A stretch of DNA of 53,017 bases from a virus (Duplodnaviria > Caudoviricetes). The position numbers and the translations under genes were made by a program. Location: positions 1 through 53,017 of IMG/VR virus record IMGVR_UViG_3300042465_003316. One strand, given 5' to 3'. Positions within the stretch are counted from its first letter, which is position 1. The number at the start of each line of letters is the position of its first letter. The notes under the pieces were generated by a model. The model ran no database searches, was not told the DNA's origin, and saw nothing but the letters and a program-made list of their open reading frames with translations. This document shows positions 1 to 8,251 of the stretch, piece by piece.

Positions 1-1
1 G

Positions 2-124
2 CTGACGGATGAGGAAATCTGGGAAATCCACGACCGTTGCATACCGCATACCGAGGGTTATGTTTTCCCGGTTGACTTTGCCCGAGCCATCGAAGCCGCC
101 CACAACATCAAGGAGCAACCATGA
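2..124 (+). CDS. 5'-truncated small early protein of the GLTDEE...FARAIEA family
   Basis: Hand translation LTDEEIWEIHDRCIPHTEGYVFPVDFARAIEAAHNIKEQP*. Stop overlaps the next ATG (ATGA). Confidence 0.75.
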   Translation: MTDEEIWEIHDRCIPHTEGYVFPVDFARAIEAAHNIKEQP

Positions 125-447
125 CTGACTTAAGACAAGCCGCGCAACAGGAGCCGGTGGCGTGGATGTTTCAACACGACGAAACAGGGCGTATGAATTA
201 TGTGAGCAATGATGGAATGAACACGCCCAAATTGTTTTTAAAAGGAAATCCACGATATGCGCTTGTATGTCCGCTTTACGCCACCCCACCCGCAGCACAG
301 CGCCCGTGGCAGGGGCTGACGGATGGGGAGATTTACACAGCGTACATCACCGCTGCAAACCAAACACTACGCCCACAAGACGAACGGATTGCGTTTGCTT
401 TTGCCCGAGCCATCGAAGCCGCCCACGGCATTAAGGAGGGGACATGA
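121..447 (+). CDS. small early protein (EPVAW N-terminus plus WQGLTD...FARAIEA C-terminus)
   Basis: AAGGAG RBS, ATGA coupling, motif shared with neighbours. Confidence 0.8.
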   Translation: MTDLRQAAQQEPVAWMFQHDETGRMNYVSNDGMNTPKLFLKGNPRYALVCPLYATPPAAQRPWQGLTDGEIYTAYITAANQTLRPQDERIAFAFARAIEAAHGIKEGT

Positions 448-881
448 CACAAGAACGATTGACGGCCCTTGAAGATGTTGCTGCCTTGGCAACAATTGGG
501 GCGACTTATCCGGAACTGATGCTTTATTTGCAAGCTGAAATGGCGAAGTGTGAGCAAGCCCTTGCAGCACAGCCAGAACAGGAGTTTGACTACAAATTAG
601 CTTTTGGTGAGTGGTTGGACAAAACAGAGTGGGTGCAGGAAAAGATAAATAGTGGGCACTTAGGGGTGCGCTATCTAGGGATGCACAGAGCGGATGTACT
701 GCGCGATCTTGCGTATCCAAATACGGTGACAGGTAAAGCCCCGCAACAGCGCAAGTGGCAGGGGCTGACGGATGAGGATGTAAACAGAGAGTCTACCCCG
801 ATTACTTCACAGATGAAGCTGGCATTTCACGCCGGGATGTACGTAGCTCAACAGGTACTGAAGGAGCGCAACAATGGATGA
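444..881 (+). CDS. small early protein, WQGLTDE family
   Basis: AAGGAGG RBS, coupled to upstream stop, shared motif. Confidence 0.75.
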   Translation: MTQERLTALEDVAALATIGATYPELMLYLQAEMAKCEQALAAQPEQEFDYKLAFGEWLDKTEWVQEKINSGHLGVRYLGMHRADVLRDLAYPNTVTGKAPQQRKWQGLTDEDVNRESTPITSQMKLAFHAGMYVAQQVLKERNNG

Positions 882-1089
882 AGATGAATGGCGCAAAATT
901 AACAGAAGGTGTAGTCATGGTTGGTTGCGAAGTGAGCAGTGCGAAATCTGCAATGCACCCAAGCGTGAGTGGATAGGGCTGACACCAGAAGAGATACTTG
1001 ATTTGTTTGACAGGAACAATGTCTACGGCAGCAAATGGATTGAGTTTGCCCGTACTGTGGAAGCCAAACTAAAGGAGCGCAACACATGA
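874..1089 (+). CDS. small early protein, WIGLTPEE family, Cys-containing N-terminus
   Basis: AAGGAG RBS, CxH...CxxC, shared C-terminal motif EAKLKERN. Confidence 0.75.
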   Translation: MDEDEWRKINRRCSHGWLRSEQCEICNAPKREWIGLTPEEILDLFDRNNVYGSKWIEFARTVEAKLKERNT

Positions 1090-1298
1090 TCGCTGATGAA
1101 GCCTGCTGGGAGAGGGGGTGCGCCTGCCACGATAGCCGGGACAGTCCGGGTGTTGAGCTTGTGCTTAAGCGTGAATGGGTAGGGCTGACTGATGAAGAGA
1201 TCACAGAACTTAGGCTTAAAACTTTCGATGCAGTTGCAACAAATTACGAAAGCTATCGAGCCATCGAAGCCAAACTGAAAGCTAAAAATGATCACTGA
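1086..1298 (+). CDS. small early protein, WVGLTDEE family
   Basis: AAGGAG RBS, ATGA coupling, shared motif. Confidence 0.75.
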   Translation: MIADEACWERGCACHDSRDSPGVELVLKREWVGLTDEEITELRLKTFDAVATNYESYRAIEAKLKAKNDH

Positions 1299-1533
1299 AG
1301 ACGACGAGTTTGAGCGAATCGAAATGGAGCAGAAGTTCAGGCTGGACAGCACCAAGGCAGCCGTGGTTTCCACCGACTATTACTGGATACCGATTGACCA
1401 CACAACACCAACCGGCGTAAAAGTCCTGCTGCTTGGGCGCGGTGGCGTGGCTTCGCTGGGTCAGTATATTCATCGTCCCGGTGAGACACAGTTCTGGGAT
1501 TTTTGGGCGCCCCTACCTCGAAAGCGCCCGTGA
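1288..1533 (+). CDS. hypothetical protein, DUF551-like (WxPI...P...VLL...W.PLP)
   Basis: Motif pattern recognised by eye; overlapping operon arrangement. Confidence 0.6.
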   Translation: MITEDDEFERIEMEQKFRLDSTKAAVVSTDYYWIPIDHTTPTGVKVLLLGRGGVASLGQYIHRPGETQFWDFWAPLPRKRP

Positions 1534-1766
1534 AGACCGAACTCCTCGTGCGCAACACGCTGCGATTCAACCCCGACGGGCTAACCCTCAACGAGATCGC
1601 GCAGCAGAGCGGCATCCCCTACCGTTACGTCCACCGCGCGGTGGTCCAGATGCCTGACGTCTACATCGACCGGTGGAAACCACCGGTGGGCGCGTCCCCC
1701 TACCAAGCCGTCTGGTGCGCCGTAGAGGTGCCCGACAATTGCCCACACCCAAAGGAACAGACATGA
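1530..1766 (+). CDS. small HTH DNA-binding protein
   Basis: GTG start coupled with upstream TGA; GLTLNEIAQQSGIPYRYVHRAV is HTH-like. Confidence 0.6.
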   Translation: MKTELLVRNTLRFNPDGLTLNEIAQQSGIPYRYVHRAVVQMPDVYIDRWKPPVGASPYQAVWCAVEVPDNCPHPKEQT

Positions 1767-1981
1767 GCGACCTCTCAGGCATCGACCAAGCAATCCGGGC
1801 CATTGGCTCTCAGGCCAAGCTGGCCGCCGCGCTGGGCTGCACCCAGCAGAACATCTCAGCATGGCTGCGCAGGGGCTACGTGCCCCCGGCAAAGGCCATC
1901 GCCATCGAGCAGGCCACGGGAGTCAGCCGAGCCCTGCTGCTGGACCCCCGTATCGTGGAACTGCTGACCGACGGCATCTAG
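1763..1981 (+). CDS. Cro/YdaS-like HTH regulator
   Basis: AAGGA RBS; GSQAKLAAALGCTQQNISAW...AIAIEQATG is a typical Cro/YdaS pattern. Confidence 0.85.
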   Translation: MSDLSGIDQAIRAIGSQAKLAAALGCTQQNISAWLRRGYVPPAKAIAIEQATGVSRALLLDPRIVELLTDGI

Positions 1982-1983
1982 GG

Positions 1984-2081
1984 TACACTGCCCGAGAACC
2001 CGGCTAGTGTGTGCTGATCCCACGCATGAACGCGCCTTACCCACGCCCGCCGTTGTTCCTTTTCTGGGTAGCACACGGGTA
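1984..2081 (+). promoter_or_regulatory. putative -10 (TACACT) and structured 5' leader of the primase gene
   Basis: TACACT at 1984-1989 followed by nested complementary segments at 1996-2058. Confidence 0.45.
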
Positions 2082-2086
2082 GACAC

Positions 2087-4114
2087 ATGACACAAACGAC
2101 GCCAGACCTGCCGCCCATTGGCCGGGTCTTCAACGGCTCCAACATCCCACCAGAACTCAAAGCAATGCGCCGCTGGGCGGTCTGGAAAGCGATCTGGAAC
2201 GACTCCAGACAGAAGTACGACAAGATTCCCTTTGATGCCCGACACTACGGGCTGTCCACGAAAAAGGTCAGCGATTGGGGCGACTACGAGTCGGCTGCCG
2301 CCACGCTGGCGCTGAACCCCACCCGCTACGCGGGCCTCGGCTTCGTGCTGACCGACGTCAAGGACGTGGTGGGCATCGACCTCGACAACTGCCGCAAGGA
2401 CGGCCAGATAGCCCCGTGGGCACGCGAGATCATCGAGTCGATGGGCAGCTACACCGAGATCAGCCCCAGCGGCAACGGGCTGCGCATCCTCGCCCACGGC
2501 AACTTCGAGACGGACTGGAACAACCACGAGGTGGGCATCGAGGTCTACTCCGGCCACTCCCCCCGCTTCCTGACCATCACCGGCGACACCAAACGCGTGC
2601 GGCCCATGGTGCAGGCCCAGCCGGCGGTGCTGCAGGCCCTGTTCACGAGCCTGCGCAAGTCCAGCATCCCGGCGGCCAACGTCATCGCGCTGGAGATGCC
2701 AGAACTCATCCCCGAGGTGCTGCTGCCGGACATCGAGGCCCTCGACATCTCCCCGATGGCCCGGGAGTTCCTGCTGCACGGCCCGGAGGCCGCCGCCGAT
2801 CGCTCCGGCACCCTGCACATGTGCGGGGTCCAGTTGTACAGCGCGGGGCTGGACGACGCCACCGTGCTGTCGATGCTGGCCGTCAACGACCACGCCTTCG
2901 ACGTGGCCCTCGCGCACCGCAACCAAGACCCCGACCGGGCGCTCCAGTACCTGTGGGTCGAGCACTGCCAGAAGGCCAGACCGAAGGCCACCACCCGGGC
3001 CGGCATGCTGGCCGGGTTCGACGACATCTCCCAGAGCCCCGAGCTACTGCAAGCAGACAAGAGCGTGCGGGAGGTCACGGCAGCGCGCGAGGAGCGATTT
3101 CGGCTCAAGGACACCACCGAATTCATTAAGAGGCAGAAGTCAAGCTGGATCGTCAAGGGCCTGATCCCCAACGCCTCCCTTGGCGTGATCTACGGCGCCT
3201 CGGGCTCGGGCAAGAGCTTCTTCGTGCTCGACCTCATGGCAGCAGTGGCCCGGGCGGTCGCGTGGCGGGACCTCAAGGTGAAGGGTGCCCGGGTGTGCTG
3301 GATCGCAGCGGAGGGGCAGGAGGACATGCGCAAGCGCGTGCAGGCCTACTGCATGCACAACGGCATCCAGTCCACCGACCTGCCGATGGAGTTCATCGAT
3401 CAGGCACCCAACTTCTTGGAGGACGTGGACATCAAGGCGGTGATCAAGCAGATGCGGGCCAAAGGCAAGTTCGATCTGGTGGTGGTGGACACGCTGGCTC
3501 AGGTCATGGCCGGGGGCAACGAGAACTCCGGCGAGGACATGGGCCGGGTATTGGCGTACTGCAGGGAGATCACCCGGCTGACGGGCGCCATGGTCATCCT
3601 GATCCACCACAGCGGCAAGGACGAGTCCCGGGGCGCCCGGGGCTGGTCCGGGCTGCGTGCTGCCGCAGACTTCGAGCTTGAGATCATCCGGGCGGACGAG
3701 GACCGCGTCGCCACCGTCACCAAGATGAAGGGCGGGGCCGACGGCGACGAGTACGGCTTTCGGCTGCAGACGATCGTGGTGGGGCAGGACGAGGAGGGCG
3801 ATAACGAGACGACCTGCATCATCACCAGCACCGACAGCACCAGAGCCAGCGTGGCCGTGGCGGCGGGGCCCAGCGGGGGCAACCAGCGCGTGATCATGGA
3901 GCAGGCGGTGGGCCTGATCGACGTGGCCGGGGCCGGCGTGACCTTCAACGAGATCGTCACGGTGGTCTGGCCGCTGTACCCCCGGGGCGATGAAACCAAG
4001 CGCGATCAGCGCAAAACGAACGTCGCAAGGGACCTCAAGGGGCTCATTTCGAGCGGGTTTTTGGCCCAAAACGACGCGGGCGTTGTCAGTTTACCAACCA
4101 AAACTAAGGGGTGA
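2087..4114 (+). CDS. primase-helicase: N-terminal AEP primase-polymerase domain plus RepA/AAA_25-type helicase
   Basis: GIDLD, YTEISPSGNGLRI and GIEVY...RFLTITG primase motifs; Walker A GASGSGKS, VVVDTL, LIHHSGKD, RGARGWS. Confidence 0.92.
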   Translation: MTQTTPDLPPIGRVFNGSNIPPELKAMRRWAVWKAIWNDSRQKYDKIPFDARHYGLSTKKVSDWGDYESAAATLALNPTRYAGLGFVLTDVKDVVGIDLDNCRKDGQIAPWAREIIESMGSYTEISPSGNGLRILAHGNFETDWNNHEVGIEVYSGHSPRFLTITGDTKRVRPMVQAQPAVLQALFTSLRKSSIPAANVIALEMPELIPEVLLPDIEALDISPMAREFLLHGPEAAADRSGTLHMCGVQLYSAGLDDATVLSMLAVNDHAFDVALAHRNQDPDRALQYLWVEHCQKARPKATTRAGMLAGFDDISQSPELLQADKSVREVTAAREERFRLKDTTEFIKRQKSSWIVKGLIPNASLGVIYGASGSGKSFFVLDLMAAVARAVAWRDLKVKGARVCWIAAEGQEDMRKRVQAYCMHNGIQSTDLPMEFIDQAPNFLEDVDIKAVIKQMRAKGKFDLVVVDTLAQVMAGGNENSGEDMGRVLAYCREITRLTGAMVILIHHSGKDESRGARGWSGLRAAADFELEIIRADEDRVATVTKMKGGADGDEYGFRLQTIVVGQDEEGDNETTCIITSTDSTRASVAVAAGPSGGNQRVIMEQAVGLIDVAGAGVTFNEIVTVVWPLYPRGDETKRDQRKTNVARDLKGLISSGFLAQNDAGVVSLPTKTKG

Positions 4115-4117
4115 TCC

Positions 4118-4456
4118 ATGGACGATTTAGGGGTATCAATCAGCAATACAGGCGTGGACCGGCTCGGGGAGGTGCTCGGCAGGATCGCCCAACTGACGCT
4201 GGAAGCTAACGACATAAAGGCCAATCTGAAGGCCCAAGCCGAGCTTATCGGGGACCGGGTAACCTTCACCGGGGGCACTTATTTGGCGACCGTTGTGACC
4301 CGTCCGACCAAGAAAGTTAATTGGCAGGGGATCGTTTTTGAGCTAAAAGTGCCCCAAAAGAAGGTGGATGCGTACACAACGACCTCAATTTTGCAGGTGT
4401 GTTCTGTGAAAAGGCAGGGCGGAGGGCTCTTGCGTATTGTTGCGTGTTCGCAATAA
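4118..4456 (+). CDS. hypothetical protein, paralog of 4708-4992
   Basis: DRLGEVLGRIAQLTLEANDIK resembles DRLGMLLSQIADLTAEADAIK. Confidence 0.65.
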   Translation: MDDLGVSISNTGVDRLGEVLGRIAQLTLEANDIKANLKAQAELIGDRVTFTGGTYLATVVTRPTKKVNWQGIVFELKVPQKKVDAYTTTSILQVCSVKRQGGGLLRIVACSQ

Positions 4457-4462
4457 AAAGCG

Positions 4463-4650
4463 TGCTTCAAATGCTTCAAACTGCTTCAAGCTGCTTCAGA
4501 AGAAGCTGCTACTGCTTCATTCGCTTCACCCCTGTATACAGGGTGAAGCATGAAGCATCGGCTGAAGCGGATATTGTGAAGAAAACAACAGATAAAAATA
4601 AATTAGAAATATTTTGCAGAAAGCAGATAAAACAAGAAAAGCGTTGTATA
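4463..4650. repeat. putative replication origin: TGCTTCA iterons, central palindrome, AT-rich flank
   Basis: TGCTTCA at 4463, 4472, 4482, 4492 and 4513; GCTTCACCC(C)TGTATACAGGGTGAAGC palindrome; inverted TGAAGC copies at 4544, 4551 and 4563; A-rich tract follows; lies just downstream of the primase-helicase. Confidence 0.75.
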
Positions 4651-4707
4651 CTTCAGTCATCGCAGCAAACGCGGCGATACAACCTAAACACACAAACGGA
4701 GTTGATC

Positions 4708-4992
4708 ATGGCAAAAGCAAAATTGGTGGTGGAGTTGAACGAAGGCAGCGCTGATCGTCTGGGCATGTTGCTCTCCCAGATCGCAGACCTGACGGCGGAA
4801 GCTGACGCGATCAAGGACGCGATCAAAGAATCAGGTGCAAGCATTGAGGGCTCGTTCTACAAGGCCACCTACAGCGAAACTGACCGCAAGAGCTTTGACA
4901 AGGACCTGTTCATCAAGGCGTACGGTGCTGACACCTACGACCGGTACCAAAAGACCTCGGCAGTGTTCTCGGTGAAAGTTACCTCCCGCTAA
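4708..4992 (+). CDS. hypothetical phage protein (coiled-coil N-terminus)
   Basis: GGAG RBS, upstream TATACT -10, downstream terminator. True start is ATG 4708, not 4399. Confidence 0.75.
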   Translation: MAKAKLVVELNEGSADRLGMLLSQIADLTAEADAIKDAIKESGASIEGSFYKATYSETDRKSFDKDLFIKAYGADTYDRYQKTSAVFSVKVTSR

Positions 4993-4999
4993 ACCCCCC

Positions 5000-5020
5000 G
5001 CCCCTTCGGGGGCTCTTTTT
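5000..5020 (+). terminator. intrinsic terminator
   Basis: GCCCC-TTCG-GGGGC followed by TCTTTTT. Confidence 0.7.
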
Positions 5021-5033
5021 GAAAGACCTCATC

Positions 5034-5900
5034 ATGTTCCGTTACGCATCCGCCTCCAAGCAGTCCGAGTTCCGCTCGAACCATCCCCTGACCAACAGCC
5101 AGATCGCCTTCCACGCCCCCAGCGTGATGGCCGGTGAGGCCCACGAGAGCCGTGGCGACCGCTACGCTTTCATTCCCACGATCCAAGTGATCGACGGCCT
5201 GCGTGCCGAGGGCTTCGAGCCCTACGAGATTCGGCAGACCAAGGTGCGCGACGCCGGCAAGCGCGAGCACACCAAGCACATGGTGCGCATGCGTCACGCA
5301 AGCCAGATCGTCACCCAGACCGAGGTGCCCGAGGTGATCCTGCTGAACAGCCACGACGGCAGCAGCAGCTACCAGATCATGTCCGGCGTGTTCCGGTTCG
5401 TGTGCAGCAACGGCCTGATCGCTGGCGACATGTTCAACAACATCCGGGTGCGGCACTCGGGCAACGTGGTAGACGACGTCATCGAGGGCGCCACCCGGGT
5501 GCTGGAGGACGCGAAGCAGATCGGCAGCCGCATCGGCGACTACAAGGCGATCACGCTGTCCCGTGATGAGCAGATGGCGTTCGCCACCTCCGCGCTGCAG
5601 GTCCGCTGGGGTGACGACGCCCCCGTGGTGCCCGGTAGCGTGCTGCGTGCACATCGCTGGGAGGACCAGCAGAACGACCTGTGGACCGTGTACAACCGCG
5701 TGCAGGAGAACATGCTCAAGGGCGGCGTGTCGGGCCGCTCTAGCACCGGACGGCGCACCACGACCCGGGCGGTCGGTGGCGTCACGGAGAATGTGAAGCT
5801 GAACAAGGCACTGTGGACGCTGGCGGACACCATGGCGGCCCTGAAGCTGGACAAGGCCACAGACGAGTTCGCAGCCCGCTACGAGCACTCTTTCGCGTAA
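5034..5900 (+). CDS. DUF932 (YafZ/YfjQ-like) family protein
   Basis: HESRGDRYAFIPT, HTKHMVRMR, ILLNSHDGSSSYQ, FRFVCSNGL, LWTVYNRVQEN, LNKALW. Confidence 0.88.
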   Translation: MFRYASASKQSEFRSNHPLTNSQIAFHAPSVMAGEAHESRGDRYAFIPTIQVIDGLRAEGFEPYEIRQTKVRDAGKREHTKHMVRMRHASQIVTQTEVPEVILLNSHDGSSSYQIMSGVFRFVCSNGLIAGDMFNNIRVRHSGNVVDDVIEGATRVLEDAKQIGSRIGDYKAITLSRDEQMAFATSALQVRWGDDAPVVPGSVLRAHRWEDQQNDLWTVYNRVQENMLKGGVSGRSSTGRRTTTRAVGGVTENVKLNKALWTLADTMAALKLDKATDEFAARYEHSFA

Positions 5901-5907
5901 TCAACCC

Positions 5908-5923
5908 GGGGGCTTCGGCCCCC
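5908..5923 (+). other. cUUCGg-capped hairpin (mRNA stabiliser or weak terminator)
   Basis: GGGGGC-TTCG-GCCCCC with no U-tract. Confidence 0.5.
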
Positions 5924-5939
5924 ACAACCGGAGCAGGAC

Positions 5940-6140
5940 ATGAACAGCACGCTGACGATTGAGGAACAGGAACGCATTGCCTACATCAAAGGGGACCCAA
6001 ACGCGGCGTTGCTGGGTGCAATACTCGCGGCCCAAGAGGAGCGCGACGCCATGGAGGAAAAACTCGACGCCATGGACCGGGAGCTTGAAATCGCTGAGGT
6101 TGATCTGGCGGACGCCTTGGACAGGTTGGGAGCCCAATGA
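5940..6140 (+). CDS. hypothetical protein
   Basis: RBS GGAG/AGGA; coupled to next gene. Confidence 0.7.
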   Translation: MNSTLTIEEQERIAYIKGDPNAALLGAILAAQEERDAMEEKLDAMDRELEIAEVDLADALDRLGAQ

Positions 6141-6373
6141 GCACCCCTACCCCCAAACCAGCCGCAAAACGGCCCAAAACGGCCTCTGCGGCCTCCACGG
6201 AGCCCGTGGCGGAGTACAGGATGCCTGCGGAGGTGGCGGACTGGATCAAGCAGGCGGAGGCCCGTCTGACCTACCTGACCACAAAGGTGGCCGAGTTGAA
6301 GGACGAGAACATCAAGCTGCGCAAGGCCAACAAGGTCATGGAAGCCCGCGTCATGGGCAATTCACAGGAGTAA
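6137..6373 (+). CDS. hypothetical coiled-coil protein
   Basis: GGGAG RBS, ATGA coupling. Confidence 0.7.
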   Translation: MSTPTPKPAAKRPKTASAASTEPVAEYRMPAEVADWIKQAEARLTYLTTKVAELKDENIKLRKANKVMEARVMGNSQE

Positions 6374-6376
6374 GAC

Positions 6377-6634
6377 ATGAGCAAACCAGAACTATCCCCA
6401 CTGGCCCGGCAATTGCTGGGCACCGCAAACCACGTGAAATTTTTCACCCAGCAGGAGTTCGACGAGGCGCTGGCTATTGCCAAGGCGGAGATGATGACGG
6501 TGGCGATCCAGACGACCAAGCACGCGATCGCCATCGAGAACGAGGCCTGCGCGTGCATGGCCGACAACTGCGTGGAGATCGAGAAGCTGGGCGACGCCAT
6601 CCGCAACCGCTGGAAGCGGCCCACCGTTCAGTAA
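6377..6634 (+). CDS. hypothetical protein (IAIENEACA...AIRNR pattern)
   Basis: AGGAG RBS; ExEACA...AIR pattern common in small phage proteins. Confidence 0.7.
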   Translation: MSKPELSPLARQLLGTANHVKFFTQQEFDEALAIAKAEMMTVAIQTTKHAIAIENEACACMADNCVEIEKLGDAIRNRWKRPTVQ

Positions 6635-6705
6635 GGGTAAAATAACGAAACCCCAAGGGCCGGCAAGCCACGTGGGGTTTCTCATCACAACGAAAAGGCC
6701 TTCGC

Positions 6706-7179
6706 ATGACTGACCGTATTTTAACCCAAGCGGACATAAAAACTCTCGTCGATTACGACCCCGAAACAGGCTTTTTTAGCAAAAAGGGTTTAGCGGTGGG
6801 TAACTACAACAACGGGTATTTGGTCATAAACCTACGAGGTAAGCCCTACAAAGCCCACCGAATGGCATGGACGTATATGTACGGGGAGTGGCTTTTGGAC
6901 GAGGCTATCGTTGATCACAAAAACGGTTTACGGCACGATAACCGAATAGAAAATTTAAGGGTGGTTAACCATCAAGAAAACATGCAGAACAAGGTAAAGC
7001 CGCAAGGGGACAACCCTTTTTTAGGCGTTACTTACGACCGTTTTTCCAAAAAATGGAAAGCAGCAATAACGGTGGACGGCAAAAGGATAGGGTTGGGCTG
7101 CGCGTTTGCAACACCCGAAGAAGCAAGCGAAACGTATTTAGCCGCTAAACGAAACTTGCACAAAGGATTCTTAGGGTAA
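6706..7179 (+). mobile_element. free-standing HNH homing endonuclease with AP2-like C-terminus
   Basis: YDPETG, YKAHRMAW, VDHKNGLRHDNRIENLR, GVTYDR..KKWKAAI; AT-rich relative to neighbours. Confidence 0.9.
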
Positions 7180-7270
7180 ACACCTAAAAAATAGTTGGTA
7201 AAAATCAAACTTTTAGTTTGATTTTGGCTATACTAGAGGCTCTTCAACACACCCACACAGGAGAATCACA
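7173..7270 (+). promoter_or_regulatory. promoter unit 1 (AGGGTAAACACCTA box, inverted repeat, TATACT -10, AC-rich leader)
   Basis: Same architecture as 7660-7757 and 8157-8251. Confidence 0.7.
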
Positions 7271-7452
7271 TGGAAACGATCATCAAGACGGAAGACGGCG
7301 TAAGGGTCAGCGTCGACTCATGGGACGAAGGCGGCGCGTGGCTGCACCTGTCGACGATGCACGGCACAAGCTCTGCGATCTTTACCCGGGCAGAGGCCCA
7401 GAAGCTGTTGGCGGGCCTGCAGGCCGTGCTGACCGAAGAGGTGGCAGCATGA
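7270..7452 (+). CDS. hypothetical early protein
   Basis: AGGAG RBS downstream of promoter. Confidence 0.7.
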   Translation: METIIKTEDGVRVSVDSWDEGGAWLHLSTMHGTSSAIFTRAEAQKLLAGLQAVLTEEVAA

Positions 7453-7661
7453 GCGCGGTGCTCACCTCCCCGGTCCCACACAACGTCTACGTGGACGGCG
7501 TGTGGTTCGCCGAGGTGCTGGCGTTCGACGAGGACGAGGCCGTCGAGCAGCTTACCGAGCGGATGGTGTACCCCCCGTCGGTGGTCTTCACCGCCGAGTT
7601 GGTGGAGGGCTCCAACGAGGACATCGAGGACTACTACCCGCGCAGCCTGTACGGGAACTAG
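7449..7661 (+). CDS. hypothetical acidic early protein
   Basis: GAGG RBS, ATGA coupling; start 7449 preferred. Confidence 0.65.
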   Translation: MSAVLTSPVPHNVYVDGVWFAEVLAFDEDEAVEQLTERMVYPPSVVFTAELVEGSNEDIEDYYPRSLYGN

Positions 7662-7757
7662 GGAAAACCCCTAGAAAATAAATCCAAAACAAGGGTTTCA
7701 CAACGAAATCCTTGTTATACTTCAGTCACACCAACACACACACTGGAGCAAACAAAA
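7660..7757 (+). promoter_or_regulatory. promoter unit 2 (extended -10 TGTTATACT)
   Basis: About 55 bp near-identical to unit 3. Confidence 0.75.
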
Positions 7758-7939
7758 TGATCACACTTAGCTATGTCTACTACATCACATTCACAAACGC
7801 GGCGGGTCAGCCTGACTGCGAAAAAGTGGAAGTGAAGCGCGATTACGACACCACGGACCAAGATCAAGCAGAAGAACTGGCAGTGCGTGGTTGGGTCGCT
7901 CCGGCCAATTACATTGATGGCACTTTGACAATCTGCTAA
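7757..7939 (+). CDS. hypothetical early protein
   Basis: GGAG RBS; lower GC. Confidence 0.65.
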   Translation: MITLSYVYYITFTNAAGQPDCEKVEVKRDYDTTDQDQAEELAVRGWVAPANYIDGTLTIC

Positions 7940-7960
7940 CCAACACACCCACACCGGAGA

Positions 7961-8173
7961 ATGAAGATGAGCTACGCAACCTGCCACCAGACCTTCCAGC
8001 ACAAGGTCCGCGACTACGACGCCGGGACCTGCCAGCGGGCGCTGATGGACTGCCACGATACCCTGAAAATCTGGGGCGAGGAGATCGACTCGGATTACGC
8101 GGTCAAGTTGTGGGCGGAGATCGACGCCCTGCGTGAGCGGCAACTGAAACTGAGCAAGGGTAAACCCCTATAA
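7961..8173 (+). CDS. hypothetical early protein
   Basis: GGAG RBS after AC-rich leader; start may be 7967. Confidence 0.7.
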   Translation: MKMSYATCHQTFQHKVRDYDAGTCQRALMDCHDTLKIWGEEIDSDYAVKLWAEIDALRERQLKLSKGKPL

Positions 8174-8251
8174 GATATTTTCAGCAACAAGGGTTTCACA
8201 ATGAAATCCTTGTTATACTTCAGTCACACCAACACACACTGGAGAACAGCA
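8157..8251 (+). promoter_or_regulatory. promoter unit 3 (extended -10 TGTTATACT)
   Basis: Repeat of unit 2. Confidence 0.75.

Noticed and set aside
4399-4707. N-terminal extension of ORF 4399-4992
   Set aside because: It runs through the iteron and AT-rich region; promoter and RBS point to ATG 4708
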